64,000 bases of DNA from Heptranchias perlo (taxonomy: Eukaryota), in NCBI RefSeq assembly GCF_035084215.1, contig NC_090363.1:2666001-2730000 (forward strand), in the 5' to 3' direction. This document shows positions 12,401-27,400 of this stretch, piece by piece; the first letter of the stretch is position 1; every line of letters begins with the position of its first letter. The notes below the pieces were generated by a model. That model had not been told where the DNA came from, searched no databases, and saw only the letters and a program-made list of their open reading frames with translations. The translations under genes and the position numbers were made by a program.

Positions 12401-15400
12401 TACACCTCGCCGGTCCACCTGTACAAGGACGGAGCCGACGACCTGACACTGCAGGCCTCGGCCTACAAAGGGAGGACCGAGATGTTCCTGGATCAGATGG
12501 TGCATGGAAACCTCTCCCTCAGGCTCAAACGGGTGCAGGTCTCCGACAAGGGGCAATACAAATGCTTTGTGGCGTCCACGGCCAAGCATAACGAAGCTAA
12601 GATAACCTTGGACGTGACAGGTCGGTGGCAGTTTTAAAAAAACGTGTTGTTTGTGGTCCTTCTTGATCGAGGGGTAAATGTTGGGCCAGGACACCGGGAG
12701 AATTTCCCTGCCCCTCGGGCCTCGGGATCAGTTCTACAGGATTAAAACCCTCCTTAAAACCTACCTCTGTGACCAAGCTTTTGGTCGCCTGTCCTAATAT
12801 CTCCTCATGTGGCTCGGGGTCAAATTCTGTCTGATTTACGCTCGCGTGAAGCGCCTTGGGGACGTTTCGCTACGTTAAAGGCGCTATATAAATGCGGGTA
12901 GTTGTTGTTCTAGTAACTCCCGCCCACCCCCGCCAATGGGGTTTTAACTCTCTCAGTATCGGTGAGTTCACCTATTATCCACGGTGATTAATTTATTCCC
13001 CAGCGACTGGACAGGTCGAATTCCCACTCTTTTCGTTTTGTTTTTAAACCACGTGTAGTTTCTCTGGGCGGTTTGGAGATTGTGTAGCACCAGTCCCTCC
13101 GCTTTATGTGGGTGGGGGGGCCGGGGCGGGGGGCCAGGGGTGGGGGGGGGGGGGGGCGGGGATCCGCTGATTCACGGCAACTGAACAGAACCCCGCCCTC
13201 CGGGAGCGCACTCCGAGACCGCCCGCTCCGCGCGGGCAGGGCGATATTCTACAAACTGGGGGGCACTGGCGAGCGTCCCACGGCGGAGACGTACCCCGAT
13301 AAACCAAACTCCGTTCTTGTTAACACGGGATTTCTTAAATGTGATTTTGGGGGTTCAGATTCTGCCATTCAGTCTGTTTTCCTGCGAAGGTTTCTTCTCA
13401 GAGACTTTATATATGTTGCGTGTGCCTATATGTAAGTTGTGTGTCATGGAATCATAGAACGATGCAGCACAGAAGGAGGCCATTCGGCCCATCGTGCTTG
13501 TGCTGGCTCTTTGATAAAGCTCTCCACACGCACTGGAAAGAGTAACGTCCCCTTGACTGGTTCAAGTATCATAAAAACATCAACAAATCGCAACTGAATG
13601 GTTTAACAGGAAAGAGATATTTTTAAAGAACAAATGTCAGTCATTTCTGGCTGGACCTCGCCCCCAGTGGGGTCTCCCTCTTCCCCCCCCCGCCTTGCTG
13701 ACCATGATAATCTGGTCCCTCCACAAGGGGAGGAGCCAAGCAATTCGAAGTAGCTGAGGTACAGATCAGCTGCGATCTAGTTGAATGGCGGAGCAGGCCT
13801 CGAGGGGCTGATTGGCCTCCTCCTGTTCCCATTGTTTCTTTGGTCCTGTCGTTACCTATGTTCATTTGGCCGTATGCTCCTATTGTTCCCAGGTACAGGG
13901 CGCCAACCTCTGATTGAGATGGTGGCCTATAAAGGGAGTGGTATCACACTGGCCTGCAAATCAGAGGGCTGGTTCCCACAGCCGCCCGTCCAGTGGATTT
14001 ACGGGAGTGGAAAGAACATGACCGCCCAGCCACAAACAACGTACCACCCCAATACCGAGGGGCTGTATACGGTCCAGAGCAAAATCGACATCTTCAGTGA
14101 CTCCACCAACAAGTACACCTGCCTCGTCAACAATGACCTCCTGAAGGAGAGCCAGCAGGCACACATCCAGATAGCAGGTCTGTCGGGACAGAAAAAACAA
14201 TGTCTTTTTAAAATGCTTAACGATTTGGGGGAAAATACTTTTTTAATATAATTATAGATAAATATAAAGCTATGTGAAATCTTGGGATGAAGACAGGCCC
14301 CTCGTGATTACGGCAGGCCCCTCGTGGTTATGGTAGGTTTCTCATCGCTAAGACAGGCCCCCCGTGGTTACGGCAGGCCCCCCGTGGTTACGGCAGGCCC
14401 CTCGTAGTTATGGTAGATTTCTCATCGCTAAGACAGGCCCCTCGTGGTTACGGCAGGCCCCTCGTGGTTACGGCAGGCTCCTGATTATTACACATTCATT
14501 CCCCAATTCCAAATTATTAATAGTGTTATTATAGGACCACGTGGTCAATAAGATAAACTGCTTGTCCCTGGTTAGTGACAACAAGTCTGAGCAGTATATC
14601 CACACCCGCTATACTGCAGTGCGCTGCGGGGAGAATGTTCCGCGGAGGGCAATGTCTAATGATGATTGTGGGGTGGGGGAGGTGGAGGAGCGGACGTGGA
14701 GTCGGGGGGGGAAGCAGGCCTGAGGGGAGGAGGAGTGGGGATGTGGAGTGAGAGGAGAGCGGGAGGTGGTGGAGAGGAGGGGGGTGGGGGAGAGAGAGCG
14801 AGTGTGCTGAACTGACCCCCAGTTGCCTGACTGGTTCTCTGTACTTTCCAGGCACCTTCTTCCCCCATGTCTCGGGCTGGCTCGTAGCATTCTGGATCTT
14901 TTTCTTTGCGATGGTTGCCGCTCTTTGCTTGGCGCTGTGGTACCGTCAACAGCTGCAAAAGAAGATTATGTGTGAGCAAGACTTCTGCAGGCGGGAAAAA
15001 TCTCAAACCTTAATACAACTTATTCGCGGTTTCACAGTAAATGTCATTTAATGATGGTAGTGGGGTGCCCATAACATGCCTGCATTGAGTGTTATTAACT
15101 GTGTAATGGGGAGTCTGGTCACTATAGTCTGATAGGGAGAGTGTAATGGGGAGTCTGGTCACTATAGTCTGATAGTGAGAGTGTAATGGGGAGTCTGGTC
15201 ACTATAGTCTGATAGGGAGAGTGTAATGGGGAGTCTGGTCACTATAGTCTGATAGTGAGAGTGTAATGGGGAGTCTGGTCACTATAGTCTGATAGGGAGA
15301 GTGTAATGGGGAGTCTGGTCACTATAGTCTGATAGTGAGAGTGTAATGGGGAGTCTGGTCACTATAGTCTGATAGTGAGAGTGTAATGGGGAGTCTGGTC

Positions 15401-18400
15401 ACTATAGCCTGATAGTGAGAGTGTAATGGGGAGTCTGGTCACTATAGTCTGATAGTGAGAGTGTAATGGGGAGTCTGGTCACTATAGTCTGATAGTGAGA
15501 GTGTAATGGGGAGTCTGGTCACTATAGTCTGATAGGGAGAGTGTAATGAGGAGTCTGGTCACTATAGTCTGATAGTGAGAGTGTAATGGGGAGTCTGGTC
15601 ACTATAGTCTGATAGGGAGAGTGTAATGAGGAGTCTGGTCACTATAGTCTGATAGTGAGAGTGTAATGGGGAGTCTGGTCACTATAGTCTGATAGTGAGA
15701 GTGTAATGGGGAGTCTGGTCACTATAGTCTGATAGGGAGAGTGTAATGGGGAGTCTGGTCACTATAGTCTGATAGTGAGAGTGTAATGGGGAGTCTGGTC
15801 ACTATAGTCTGATAGTGAGAGTGTAATGGGGAGTCTGGTCACTATAGTCTGATAGTGAGAGTGTAATGGGGAGTCTGGTCACTATAGTCTGATAGTGAGA
15901 GTGTAATGGGGAGTCTGGTCACTATAGTCTGATAGTGAGAGTGTAATGGGGAGTCTGGTCACTATAGTCTGATAGTGAGAGTGTTATGAGGAGTCTGGTC
16001 ACTATAGTCTGATAGTGAGAGTGTAATGAGGAGTGTTTCTGTGTAATTGTGTCTTATGTACTGATGAATTTTTGTGATTTTTGTTTTCAGATCTAACGTT
16101 TGCTGGAGGTTTAATAGGTGAGAGACGTTAGCTTCAGTCCACAGACCTGTTTTGTACGGATGTTCCCTTATCTTTGGATGGATATGTAGATTTTCCATAT
16201 TCAAGGATTTCACTCTCTTCTCTCACTGAACATTTTGAAACCTGTGGTGAGAAGCCTGGTGCCTGAGCCCTCTTCAGTGCTGTTCTGACCTCGTACCAGC
16301 CGTCCTAAGAGTGGGAAACTGCTCTGTTTGTTCCACATTTTCCCCTCAATTATTGTGAGAGGTGTCAACCTCAGCTTTTCAACTCCGTCTGTCTGTCTGT
16401 CTGTCTCTTTCTTTCTCCCCTCTCTATATCTATCTCATTCTCTGTCTGTGTGTCTGTCNNNNNNNNNNNNNNNNNNNNNNNNNNNNNNNNNNNNNNNNNN
16501 NNNNNNNNNNNNNNNNNNNNNNNNNNNNNNNNNNNNNNNNNNNNNNNNNNNNNNNNNNNNNNNNNNNNNNNNNNNNNNNNNNNNNNNNNNNNNNNNNNNN
16601 NNNNNNNNNNNCTCTGTCTGTGTGTGTCTCTCTCTTTGTGTCTCTCTTTGTGTGTGTGTCTCTCTCTCTGTCTGTCTGCCTNNNNNNNNNNNNNNNNNNN
16701 NNNNNNNNNNNNNNNNNNNNNNNNNNNNNNNNNNNNNNNNNNNNNNNNNNNNNNNNNNNNNNNNNNNNNNNNNNNNNNNNNNNNNNNNNNNNNNNNNNNN
16801 NNNNNNNNNNNNNNNNNNNNNNNNNNNNNNNNNNNNNNNNNNNNNNNNNNNNNNNNNNNNNNNNNNTCTGTCTCGCTCTCTGTCTGTCTCGCTCTCTGTC
16901 TGTCTCGCTCTCTGTCTGTCTCGCTCGCTCTCTGTCTCGCTCGCTCTCTGTCTCGCTCGCTCTCTGTCTCGCTCGCTCTCTGTCTCGCTCGCTCTCTGTC
17001 TCGCTCGCTCTCTGTCTCGCTCGCTCTCTGTCTCTGTCTCTCTCTCTGACACACACACACGCAGAGTTTAGCAGGATAGAGTGAATTGAATCTGGATCAC
17101 AGCACTGCCCCGTTGAGAGGTGAAGTTTCCCTTTGCTGGGGCACTGATCCAGGGTCACCACTGGCCCTCTGCCCCTCGCTCTACATGGCCATTATTGAAA
17201 TGTGAGCCCAGATAGTGAATGTTGGCAGGTTATTAATGGGGAAGCAACCCATACACGGCCTGTCCTCACCCTTGGTCTTCCAGCAGGGGTCATTGGGAAG
17301 CAACCAGTATCAGGAGCCCTGGGGAGAATCCTCCCTAACTCGAGAGGGGTGTGTGGCCGATTACAGACCCCCAAATCCAATCTGGGTGAGGTCAACTAGC
17401 GAGAATCATCGAATGATACAGCACAGAAGGAGGCCATTTGGCCCATCGTAGCTGTGCTGGCTCTTTGAAAGAGCTATCCAATTAGTCCCATTCCCCTGCT
17501 CTTTCCCCATGGCCCTGTAACATTTCTCCCCTTCAATTTATCCCATTCCCCTTTTGAAAGTTACTGTTTAATCTGCTTCCACCACCTGAATTCCAGATCA
17601 TCATAACTCGCTGCATAAAACACATCTCTCCTCATCTCCCCCCGGTTCTTTTGCCAATTACCTTAAATCTGTGTCCGCTGGTCACCGACCCTCCCATTAA
17701 TGGAAACAGTTTCTCCCAATCTCCTCTATAAAGTACCGACCGAGCCAGCGGGAGAGTGTGCTTTGTTTTTTGATGAAATCCAGTCGAAGATACCCAGTTG
17801 AGGTGAGGAATGAATGGCCGTTTGCTGATTGATGGTTTTCTTTTGATCTGTTACAGAAAATAAAAAGCTGCTGGATGAAATGGGTGAGTCCCCGTTGGTA
17901 ACAGAGATCTAGTCATGATCACACCTGTAAACCCAGTAAACACAATGTCAGGTTCCACGTGTCCACTGACGACACCCAGCTCTACCTCACCACCACCTCT
18001 CTCGACCCCCGCCTCTCCGATTTGTCTCACTGCTTGTCCGACATCCAGACCTGGATCAGCAAAGATTTCCCCCAACCAAATGTTGGGAAGACCGAAGCCG
18101 TTGTCTTCAGTCCCCGCCGCAAACTCTGTTCCCTCGGCCACCGACTCCATCCCTCTCCCTGCCCACTGTCTGAGGCTGAACCAGACCGTTCGCAACCTTG
18201 GCGTCCTGTGTGACCCTGAGATGAGCTTCTGACCCCATGTCCGCTCCATCTCCAAGACCTCCTACTCCACCTCCGTAACATCGCCCGTCTCCGCCCCGCC
18301 TCAGCTCATCTGCTGAAACCCTCATCCGTGCCTTTGTTACCTCTAAACTTGACTATTCCAATGCTCTCCTGGCCGGCCTCCCATCTTCCACCCTCCATAA

Positions 18401-21400
18401 ACTTGAGCTCATCCAAAACTCTGCTGCCCGTATCCTAACTCGCACCAAGTCCCGTTCACCCATCACCCCCCTGTGCTCGCTGACCCACATTGGCTCCCGG
18501 TCCGGGAACGCCTCGATTTTAAAATTCTCATCTTTGTTTTCAAATCCCTCGCCCCCTCCCTATCTCTGTAACCCCCTCCAGCCCTACAACCCTCCGAGAT
18601 CTCTGCTCTCCTCCAATTCTGGCCTCTTGCGCATCTCCGATTCCCATCGCTCCACCATTGGCGGCCGTGCCTTCAGCTGCCTGGGCCCGAAGCTCTGGAA
18701 TTCCCTCCCTAAACCTCTCCGCCTCTCTCTCCTCCTTTAAGACGCTCCTTAAAACCCACCTCTTTGACCAAGCTTTTGGTCACCTGTCCTAAAATCCCCT
18801 TATGTGGCTCGGTGTCAAATTTTGTTTGATAATCGCTCCTGTGAAGCATCTTGGGACGTTTTACTACATTAAAGGCGCTATATAAATGCAAGTTGTTGTT
18901 GTTTAAATGCAATATGAAGTCTGAGAAAAGAATGTTTGGAACATGCAGACTGTCGCTGGGTGAAGAGATATGACATGTAACGAATTAACTCGCTCTCCTC
19001 GAGTGTCCGAATAGTTTGTACACAAAGAAAGAAAAATAAGATCTTGCATTTCTATAGCACCTTTCACGACCTCAGGACGTCCCAAAGTGCTTTACAGCCA
19101 ATGAAGTGTAGTCAGAAACGCGGCCAATTTGCGCACAGCAAGATCCCACAAACAGCAATGTGATAATGACCAGATAATCTGTTTGTTTTTTATTGACGTT
19201 GGCTGAGCAATAAATATTGGCCCAGGACACCAGGGAGAACTCCCCCTGCTCTTCTTCGAGACGGTGGCCACGGGATCTTTTACATCCACCTGAGAGGGCA
19301 GACGGGGCCTCGGTTTAATGTTGCATCCGAAAGATGGCACCTCTGACAGTGTAGCACTCCCTCAGTGCTGTACTGGGAGCGTTGGCCTGGATTGTGGGAT
19401 CGAGTTTACTGGAGCGGGGCTCGAACCCACGACCTTCTGCCTCAGAGGCAAGAATGTTACCCACTGCGCCACGGCCGACACCTAGAAATATAATATTAGC
19501 GGGCAGACGCTAAACGTGTTTGTGCCCGGTTTCTCTATTTTAACACGTGCGTTAACCCATTAATTATAAACTGGTCAATCTCGCCTGGCATTGCATGCTG
19601 GGAAGTCAACACCCAGTACCATCTTAAAACTAGTGGACAGGGACGAAAAAATAATCAAAAAGGATAATGAACGTTGGCCTTTATCTCAAGGAGGGCTGGA
19701 ATACAAGGGGGAGGAGTTTGTACAGAAATGCACCTCTTGTTCCTCCATCAATCAATGTGACCGGCTTAACATGAGGCTCTTGAGGGAGAAATGGTGAACT
19801 GAACCTGGATCTTGTGAATATCTCATTCTTTCATTGGAGGTTAGTCGTTAAATGAGCTACAAGTTTATGCATTCAAGCCCCACTCCTGGACTTCAGCACA
19901 TAATCGGAGGGTCAGTACTGAGGGAGCGCCGCACTGTCGGAGGGTCGGTACTGAGGGAGCGTCGCACTGTCGGAGGGTCGGTACTGGGGGAGCGCCGCAC
20001 TGTCGGAGGGTCGGTACTGAGGGAGCGCCGCACTGTCGGAGGGTCGGTACTGAGGGAGCGCCGCACTGTCGGAGGGTCGGTACTGAGGGAGCGCCGCACT
20101 GTCGGAGGGTCGGTACTGAGGGAGCGCCGCACTGTCGGAGGGTCGGTACTGAGGGAGTGCCGCACTGTCGGAACTGAGGGAGCGCCGCACTGTCGGAGGG
20201 TCGGTACTGAGGGAGCGCCGCACTGTCGGAGGGTCGGTACTGAGGGAGTGCCGCACTGTCGGAACTGAGGGAGCGCCGCACTGTCGGAGGGTCGGTACTG
20301 AGGGAGTGCCGCACTGTCGGAACTGAGGGAGCGCCGCACTGTCGGAGGGTCGGTACTGAGGGAGTGCCGCACTGTCGGAACTGAGGGAGCGCCGCACTGT
20401 CGGAGGGTCGGTACTGAGGGAGCGCCGCACTGTCGGAGGGTCGGTACTGAGGGAGCGTCGCACTGTCGGAGGGACGGTACTGAGGGAGCGCCGCACTGTC
20501 GGAGGGTCGGTACTGAGGGAGCGCCGCACTGTCGGAGGGTCAGTACTGAGGGAGCGCCGCACTGTCGGAGGGACGGTACTGAGGGAGCGCTGCACTGTCT
20601 GAGGTGCCATCTTTTGGATGAGACATTAAACCGAGGCCCCGTCTGCCCTCTCAGGCGCATGTAAAAGATCCCACGGCCACTATTTCGAAGAAGAGCCTGG
20701 GAGTTCTCCCCGGTGTCCTGGGGCCAATATTTATCCCTCAACCCAACATCACTAAAAACAGATTATCTGGTCATTATCACATTGCTGTCTTTGGGATCTT
20801 GCTGTGCACAAATTGGCTGCCGCGTTTCGTACATTACATCAGTGACTACACTTGAAGGAGTACTTCTATTACAGTAAGGCACATGGAGACTTTCTGGTGC
20901 TGAGTGAGGTGTTGTATATTACAAAATCTTTCTTTAGCATCGGCCATGATTTCTAACATTTTTTTTTCTACTTGCAGAGCAAGAGCGAATGAATGTGGAA
21001 CAGGGTAAGTGAGGGGAGGTCCCCGCAATGGTCAGTCTTATCGAGCGTCTTACTGCCTGTCTGCATGGCCGGTCAATTTAGCAGCAGCTCAGAGGCACCT
21101 GAGTCTGGTGTCTTGACATCCTGCAAACGGCCCAGAGTCAATCAAATGGAATTTGTTCCCATTCAACTGATGGGTTTCTCTTTTGTTTCAGAGTATAAAA
21201 GACTACGCAAGGAAATAGGTAAGAAAGTGGGAGCTGTGGGTGAAAGGGAGGGGTACAGAGAGGGGGGATAATCTTGGGGAAGGGGGGGTACAGAGAGGGG
21301 AAATAATCCTGGGGAAAGTGAGTCCAGAGAGGGGAGATAATCCTGGGGAAAGGGGGGTACAGAGAGGGGAAATAATCCTGGGGAAAGAGGGTACAGAGAG

Positions 21401-24400
21401 GGGAAATAATCCTGGGGAAAGTGAGTACAGAGAGGGGAGATAATCCTGGGGAAAGGGGGGTACAGAGAGGGGAGATAATCCTGGGGAAAGGGGGTACAGT
21501 GAGGGGAAATAATCCTGGGGAAAGGGGGTACAGAGAGAGGAGATAATCCTGGGGAAGGTGGTACAGAGAGAGGAGATAATCCTGGGGAAGGGGGTACAGA
21601 GAGAGGAGATAATCCTGGGGAAAGGGGGGTACAGAGAGAGGAGATAATCCTGGGGAAGGGGGTACAGAGAGAGGAGATAATCCTGGGGAAGGTGGTACAG
21701 AGAGAGGAGATAATCCTGGGGAAGGGGGTACAGAGAGAGGAGATAATCCTGGGGAAGGGGGGTACAGAGAGGGGAGATAATCCTGGGGAAAGGGGGGTGC
21801 AGAGAGGGCAGAAAGCTATGGGTAATGTGGGGTAAACAGAGAGGGGAGATAACCACGGGTGCAGATCTGACACTGCAAGGGGTAGAAAAGTTTGTGGGCC
21901 AACACAATGACTGCACGTCAGGCCCAAGCTTCTTTTAGACTGGAGCTCCCATCTTTTGTCCAAATCCATCAGCCTATCTCGGGTTACTCTTGCACACCTT
22001 GAGGGGCCTGGTGTAAAAGCAGTACTGGGAGTGGGCCTCGGGCCTGGGAGTGGGCCTCAGGTCTTCTATATCAGTGTGGGAGGGAGGGTAGCACAAGGGA
22101 GGATGCTCACTGGCAGATTCTTTCACCTTTCTATGTCTGTTTGTCTTTTTTCAGAGGAAGTAAAAGCAACGGGGAAGTTAGGTGAGCTGCGAGCAGGAGC
22201 TGAAGAGTTCGGCGAAATACCAAGATTGTTTGTATTGTAACATTTCCAATTGAGAGTCAGGCTGTCTCAACTTAATTTAAAACAACAGAGCTAGACAGAG
22301 CTCTGTGGGGGAGACCAGAACTAAGGGGCCATAAATATAAGATAAACACTAATAAATCAAATAGAGAATTCAGGAGAAACTTCTTTACCCAGAGAGTGGT
22401 GAGAATGTGGAACTCGCTCCCACAGGGAGTGGTTGAGGCGAATAGTGTAGATACATTTAAGGGGAAGCTTGATAAACACGTGAGGGAGAAAGGAATAGAA
22501 GGATATGCTGATAGGATGAGATGAAGTAGGGAGGGAGGGGGCTCGTGGGGAGCATAAACACCGGCATGGACTAGTTGGGCCGAATGGCCTGTTTCTGTGC
22601 TGTGAATTCTGTGTAATTCTATGTAGACGTCTGAAGGCACGGCCACCAATGGTGGGACGAAGGGAGTAGGAGACGCACAAGAGGCCAGAGTTATTTTATC
22701 TATCGCAGCGAGGTGTCATGGCACACTTACCGATTCACACTTAAAAAGAATGTCGATATTTGACACGGGAGACTGAACCTTTGTCGAGTCTCAGTGTTTA
22801 CTTACCTGCGAACTGACTTTCTGACCTTAAAGAGATACAACTTCACCTTAGCAGCAGAATAATACATTATGCACACAGGAGTTGGGATGTCTTGTTGAAG
22901 TTGTACAAGACATTAGTTAGGCCACACTTGGAATACTGTGTACAGTTCTGGTCACCCTATTATAGAAAGGATATTATTAAACTAGAAAGAGTGCAGAAAA
23001 GATTTACTAGGATGCTACCGGGACTTGATGGTTTGACTTATAGGGAGAGGTTGGATAGGTTGAGACTTTTTTCCCTGGAGAGTAGGAGGTTTCGGGGTGA
23101 TCTTATAGAAGTCTATAAAATAATGAGGGGCATAGATAAGGTCGATAGTCAAAATCTTTTCCCAAAGGTAGGGGAGTCTATAACGAGGGGACATAGATTT
23201 AAGGTGAGAGGGGAGAGATACAAAAGGGTCCAGAGGGGCAATTTTTTCACTCAAAGGGTGGTGAGTGTCTGGAACGAGCTGTCAGAGGCAGTAGTAGAGG
23301 CGGGTACAATTTTGTCTTTTAAAAAGCATTTGGACAGTTACATGGGTAAGATGGGTATAGAGGGATATGGGCCAAGTGCAGGCAATTGGGACTAGCTTAG
23401 TGGTATAAACTGGGCGACATGGACATGTTGGGCCGAAGGGCCTGTTTCCATGTTGTAAACTTCTATGATTCTATAATAGCGCAGGGTAATGTGGTCGTTG
23501 TAACTCACCCTGTCATCTGACTTATGAGCAATGCCACACGAGGTCCTCTAGCATAACAATTACTAAAAGGAAAATCCTTTCTATCTTTTAAAATAGATTC
23601 CTTCTAAGTTATTTTTTTAGATCTCTGGTACAGCAACCACTTTTAGCTTTTGAGTTAAATTTCTTGCACAATGAATGTAATTGTTTTAAATTGTCTTGGT
23701 CCCACTGTTACAATTTTCTCTCTTTATCTCCTTTTCTGTCCAGAACGCGAAAAACTTCGCAAGGAATTTGGTAAGAGATTTGAGAGATTGTTCTCTTAAA
23801 CCCCCTAATGCTGGGATTGGGTTTCACCTCATGATTGACACAGGTTTTTTCATAGGAATTGTGTGTTCATGACGTGCTAAAGATAATGGGGCAGATTGTT
23901 CTGTGTTTGCTCCCTGGGCTATTGGATTGCCTAGATGTACTGAATATGGGAAAATGCCTGACCTGGGAGTGCTTGATAAGGTCGTCTAGAAAGAGCTTTA
24001 CTCTGTATCCATACCTAACCTGGGAGTGTTTGATGGGGCAGTGTAGAGGGAGCTTTACTCTGTATCTAACCCTGTACCTAACCTGGGAGTGTTTGATGGG
24101 GCAGTGTAGAGAGAGCTTTACTCTGTATCTAACCCCGTGCTGTACCTGCCCTGGGAGTGTTTGATGGGACAGTGTAGAGGGAGCTTTACTCTGTATCTAA
24201 CCCTGTACCTGCCTTGGGAGTGTTTGATGGGACAGTGTAGAGAGAGCTTTACTCTGTATCTAACCCTGTACCTGCCCTGGGAGTGTTTGATGGGACAGTG
24301 TAGAGAGAGCTTTACTTTGTATCTAACCCTGTACCTGCCCTGGGAGTGTTTGACGGGACAGTGTAGAGGGAGCTTTACTCTGTATCTAACCCCGTGCTGT

Positions 24401-27400
24401 ACCTGCCCTGGGAGTGTTTGATGGGACAGTGCAGAGGGAGCTTTACTCTGTGTCTAACCCGTGTTGTACCTGCCCTGGGAGTGTTTGATGGGGCAGTGTA
24501 GAGGGAGCTTTACTCTGTATCTAACCCTGTACCTGCCCTGGGAGTGTTTGATGGTACAGTGTAGAGAGAGCTTTACTCTGTATCTAACCCTGTACCTGCC
24601 CTGGGAGTGTTTGACGGGACAGTGTAGAGGGAGCTTTACTCTGTATCTAACCCCGTGCTGTACCTGCCCTGGGAGTGTTTGATGGGACAGTGTAGAGGGA
24701 GCTTTACTCTGTATCTAACCCTGTACCTGTCCTGGGAGTGTTTGATGGGACAGTGTAGAGGGAGCTTTACTCTGTATCTAACCCGTGTTGTACCTGCCCT
24801 GGGAGTGTTTGATGGGGCAGTGTAGAGGGAGCTTTACTCTGTATCTAACCCTGTACCTGCCCTGGGAGTGTTTGATGGTACAGTGTAGAGAGAGCTTTAC
24901 TCTGTATCTAACCCTGTACCTGCCCTGGGAGTGTTTGATGGGATAGTGTAGAGGGAGCTTTACTCTGTATCTAACCCCGTGCTGTACCTGCCCTGGGAGT
25001 GTTTGACGGGACAGTGTAGAGGGAGCTTTACTCTGTATCTAACCCCGTGCTGTACCTGCCCTGGGAGTGTTTGATGGGACAGTGTAGAGGGAGCTTTACT
25101 CTGTATCTAACCCCGTGCTGTACCTGCCCTGGGAGTGTTTGACGGGACAGTGTAGAGGGAGCTTTACTCTGTATCTAACCCTGTACCTGCCCTGGGAGTG
25201 TTTGATGGGACAGTGTAGAGGGAGCTTTACTCTGTATCTAACCCCGTGCTGTACCTGCCCTGGGAGTGTTTGACGGGACAGTGTAGAGGGAGCTTTACTC
25301 TGTATCTAACCCCGTGCTGTACCTGCCCTGGGAGTGTTTGATGGGACAGTGTAGAGGGAGCTTTACTCTGTATCTAACCCTGTACCTGCCCTGGGAGTGT
25401 TTGATGGGACAGTGTAGAGGGAGCTTTACTCTGTATCTAACCCTGTACCTGCCCTGGGAGTGTTTGATGGGACAGTGTAGAGGGAGCTTTACTCTGTATC
25501 TAACCCTGTACCTGCCCTGGGAGTGTTTGATGGGACAGTGTAGAGGGAGCTTTACTCTGTATCTAACCCTGTACCTGCCCTGGGAGTGTTTGATGGGACA
25601 GTGTAGAGGGAGCTTTACTCTGTATCTAACCCTGTACCTGCCCTGGGAGTGTTTGACGGGACAGTGTAGAGGGAGCTTTACTTTATATCTAAACATACTA
25701 GAGCGGACCTGGGAGTGCTGGCAATGAAGATGAATCTTCTTTGACTCTGTGCTGCCGACACTGAGCCTCAGCCATCGCGAGCTTGGATTAGGAATTCAGG
25801 CACATACTTGCCCACAACTTTGTGACCACTATTTTAAATAATTTAAATCACGGGCTGTTCTTGCGATACCATCTCCAATATTCACCTCTTGGGTGCCCGA
25901 AGTGGAAAGTGTTCCCGAGCACTGGGATCCCTGACCTCGATGGGCACCAAATGGCAGCGTCTTTATTTGGTGAAGGAAGAGACCTGATGGAAGTAGAGCG
26001 ATAATAAATGCACCAGTAGACGGTGAGAGGCGTCCACGGTGTCCGAGGTGATGGGATGCCACGTGACGTGACGGGGTCGCTGGGCAACCACGAGGAGAAG
26101 CTCCAAAATCGTTCCACTACCCAATCACTGGGGTTCGGAGATTTGATTAACGGCGGCACGGCCGACGACTGATTAAATCCGAGAGCGTTGCATTGCCAAG
26201 ATCAGCTGCCCATTGAGCACTTGGTGACGTATCTCCTTGGGGGAGGGAAGGAGGGGGAGGGGGAGGGGGGGGGCAGATAATTTGGGTCTCTGCGGGGTGG
26301 AGATTCCACGATGACGTGCCCGGTGATGCAAGGGCAGAACAAAGTCAACCTTCAGCGATGGGCCTTCAGCAAGGGTTCTGGGCACTGCTGGTGATTAGCC
26401 AGCCAGGCTTGGAGGGAGGGCTTGGATTCCCCCTGGCCTGTAAACAGTGGGAAGGTGACCAGGTATTGGGTACCTGGGAAGCTACACATGGCGGTGTCTC
26501 ACCTCTTTTTTTGTTTTACAGAAATCGAAAGGGGTGCCTTTAAAGCAGGTATGTGGTGACATGTCAGACTGGGGGCATGGGATTGTCTGGAGTTTCACAG
26601 GGTGGGTGGAGGAGGGGAGGGGGGTTTGCAAGGTTGCCAACTCTGGTTGGATGCATTCCTGGAGGTTTCATCACATGACCTGCCTCCTGGTCAAACACCC
26701 TTTAATCCCCTTCGCCAATATTTTTTGCAACTAATAAACTAAAAGTCTTGGAAGAAAATTAAGCAAACCCACCATTCTTTTTAATGCCCCAATGATTGTT
26801 CTCCTGGGTTTTTTTTTTTGCTCGCCGCAGCGTCCTGGAGATTGGTCACTCATTCCTGGAGACTCCAGGACTATCCTGGAGGGTTGGCAACTTATGAGGA
26901 GGGATGGAACATGTTTTACAGCGTCTTTTGTTGTTTGATCTCTGGGACACACACCCGTGCTCCGGGGGGGGGGCGGGTGGGGGTGCAGCTCGGAGGCTGC
27001 CCTCTCCCTGCCTGATACCAGTGTCGGACTAGCCGCTTTGGGTGGCTCTGGGCTTTGGGTGGATGCCCTCCCGATGGGGAACCCACAGCATATCACTTTT
27101 ACGCCGCTAATGACTTTTCCAGATGAATTGGTCAGCACGTTCTCTAATGTTATTAGCTGCAGCTATTTTATATATAAATAATGGCAGTGGTTGATGTGAT
27201 TTGAGAATGTGATTAGAAAAGAGAAGGCTGAGGGGTGACCTTATAGAGGTCTTTTGAAAGGGCTCGTAGGGTAGATGTAGAGAAAATGTTTCCACTTGTG
27301 GGGGAGACCAGAACTAGGTCAGAAATATAAAACAGTCACGAATAAATTTGATCGGGAATTCAGGAGAAACTTCTTCACCCAGAGAGGGGTGAGAATGTGG

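Noticed and set aside
15100-16033. CRISPR-like regular array (also 23955-25695 and 28001-28990)
   Set aside because: Head-to-tail repeats with no unique spacers, no cas genes, and a eukaryotic intronic context.
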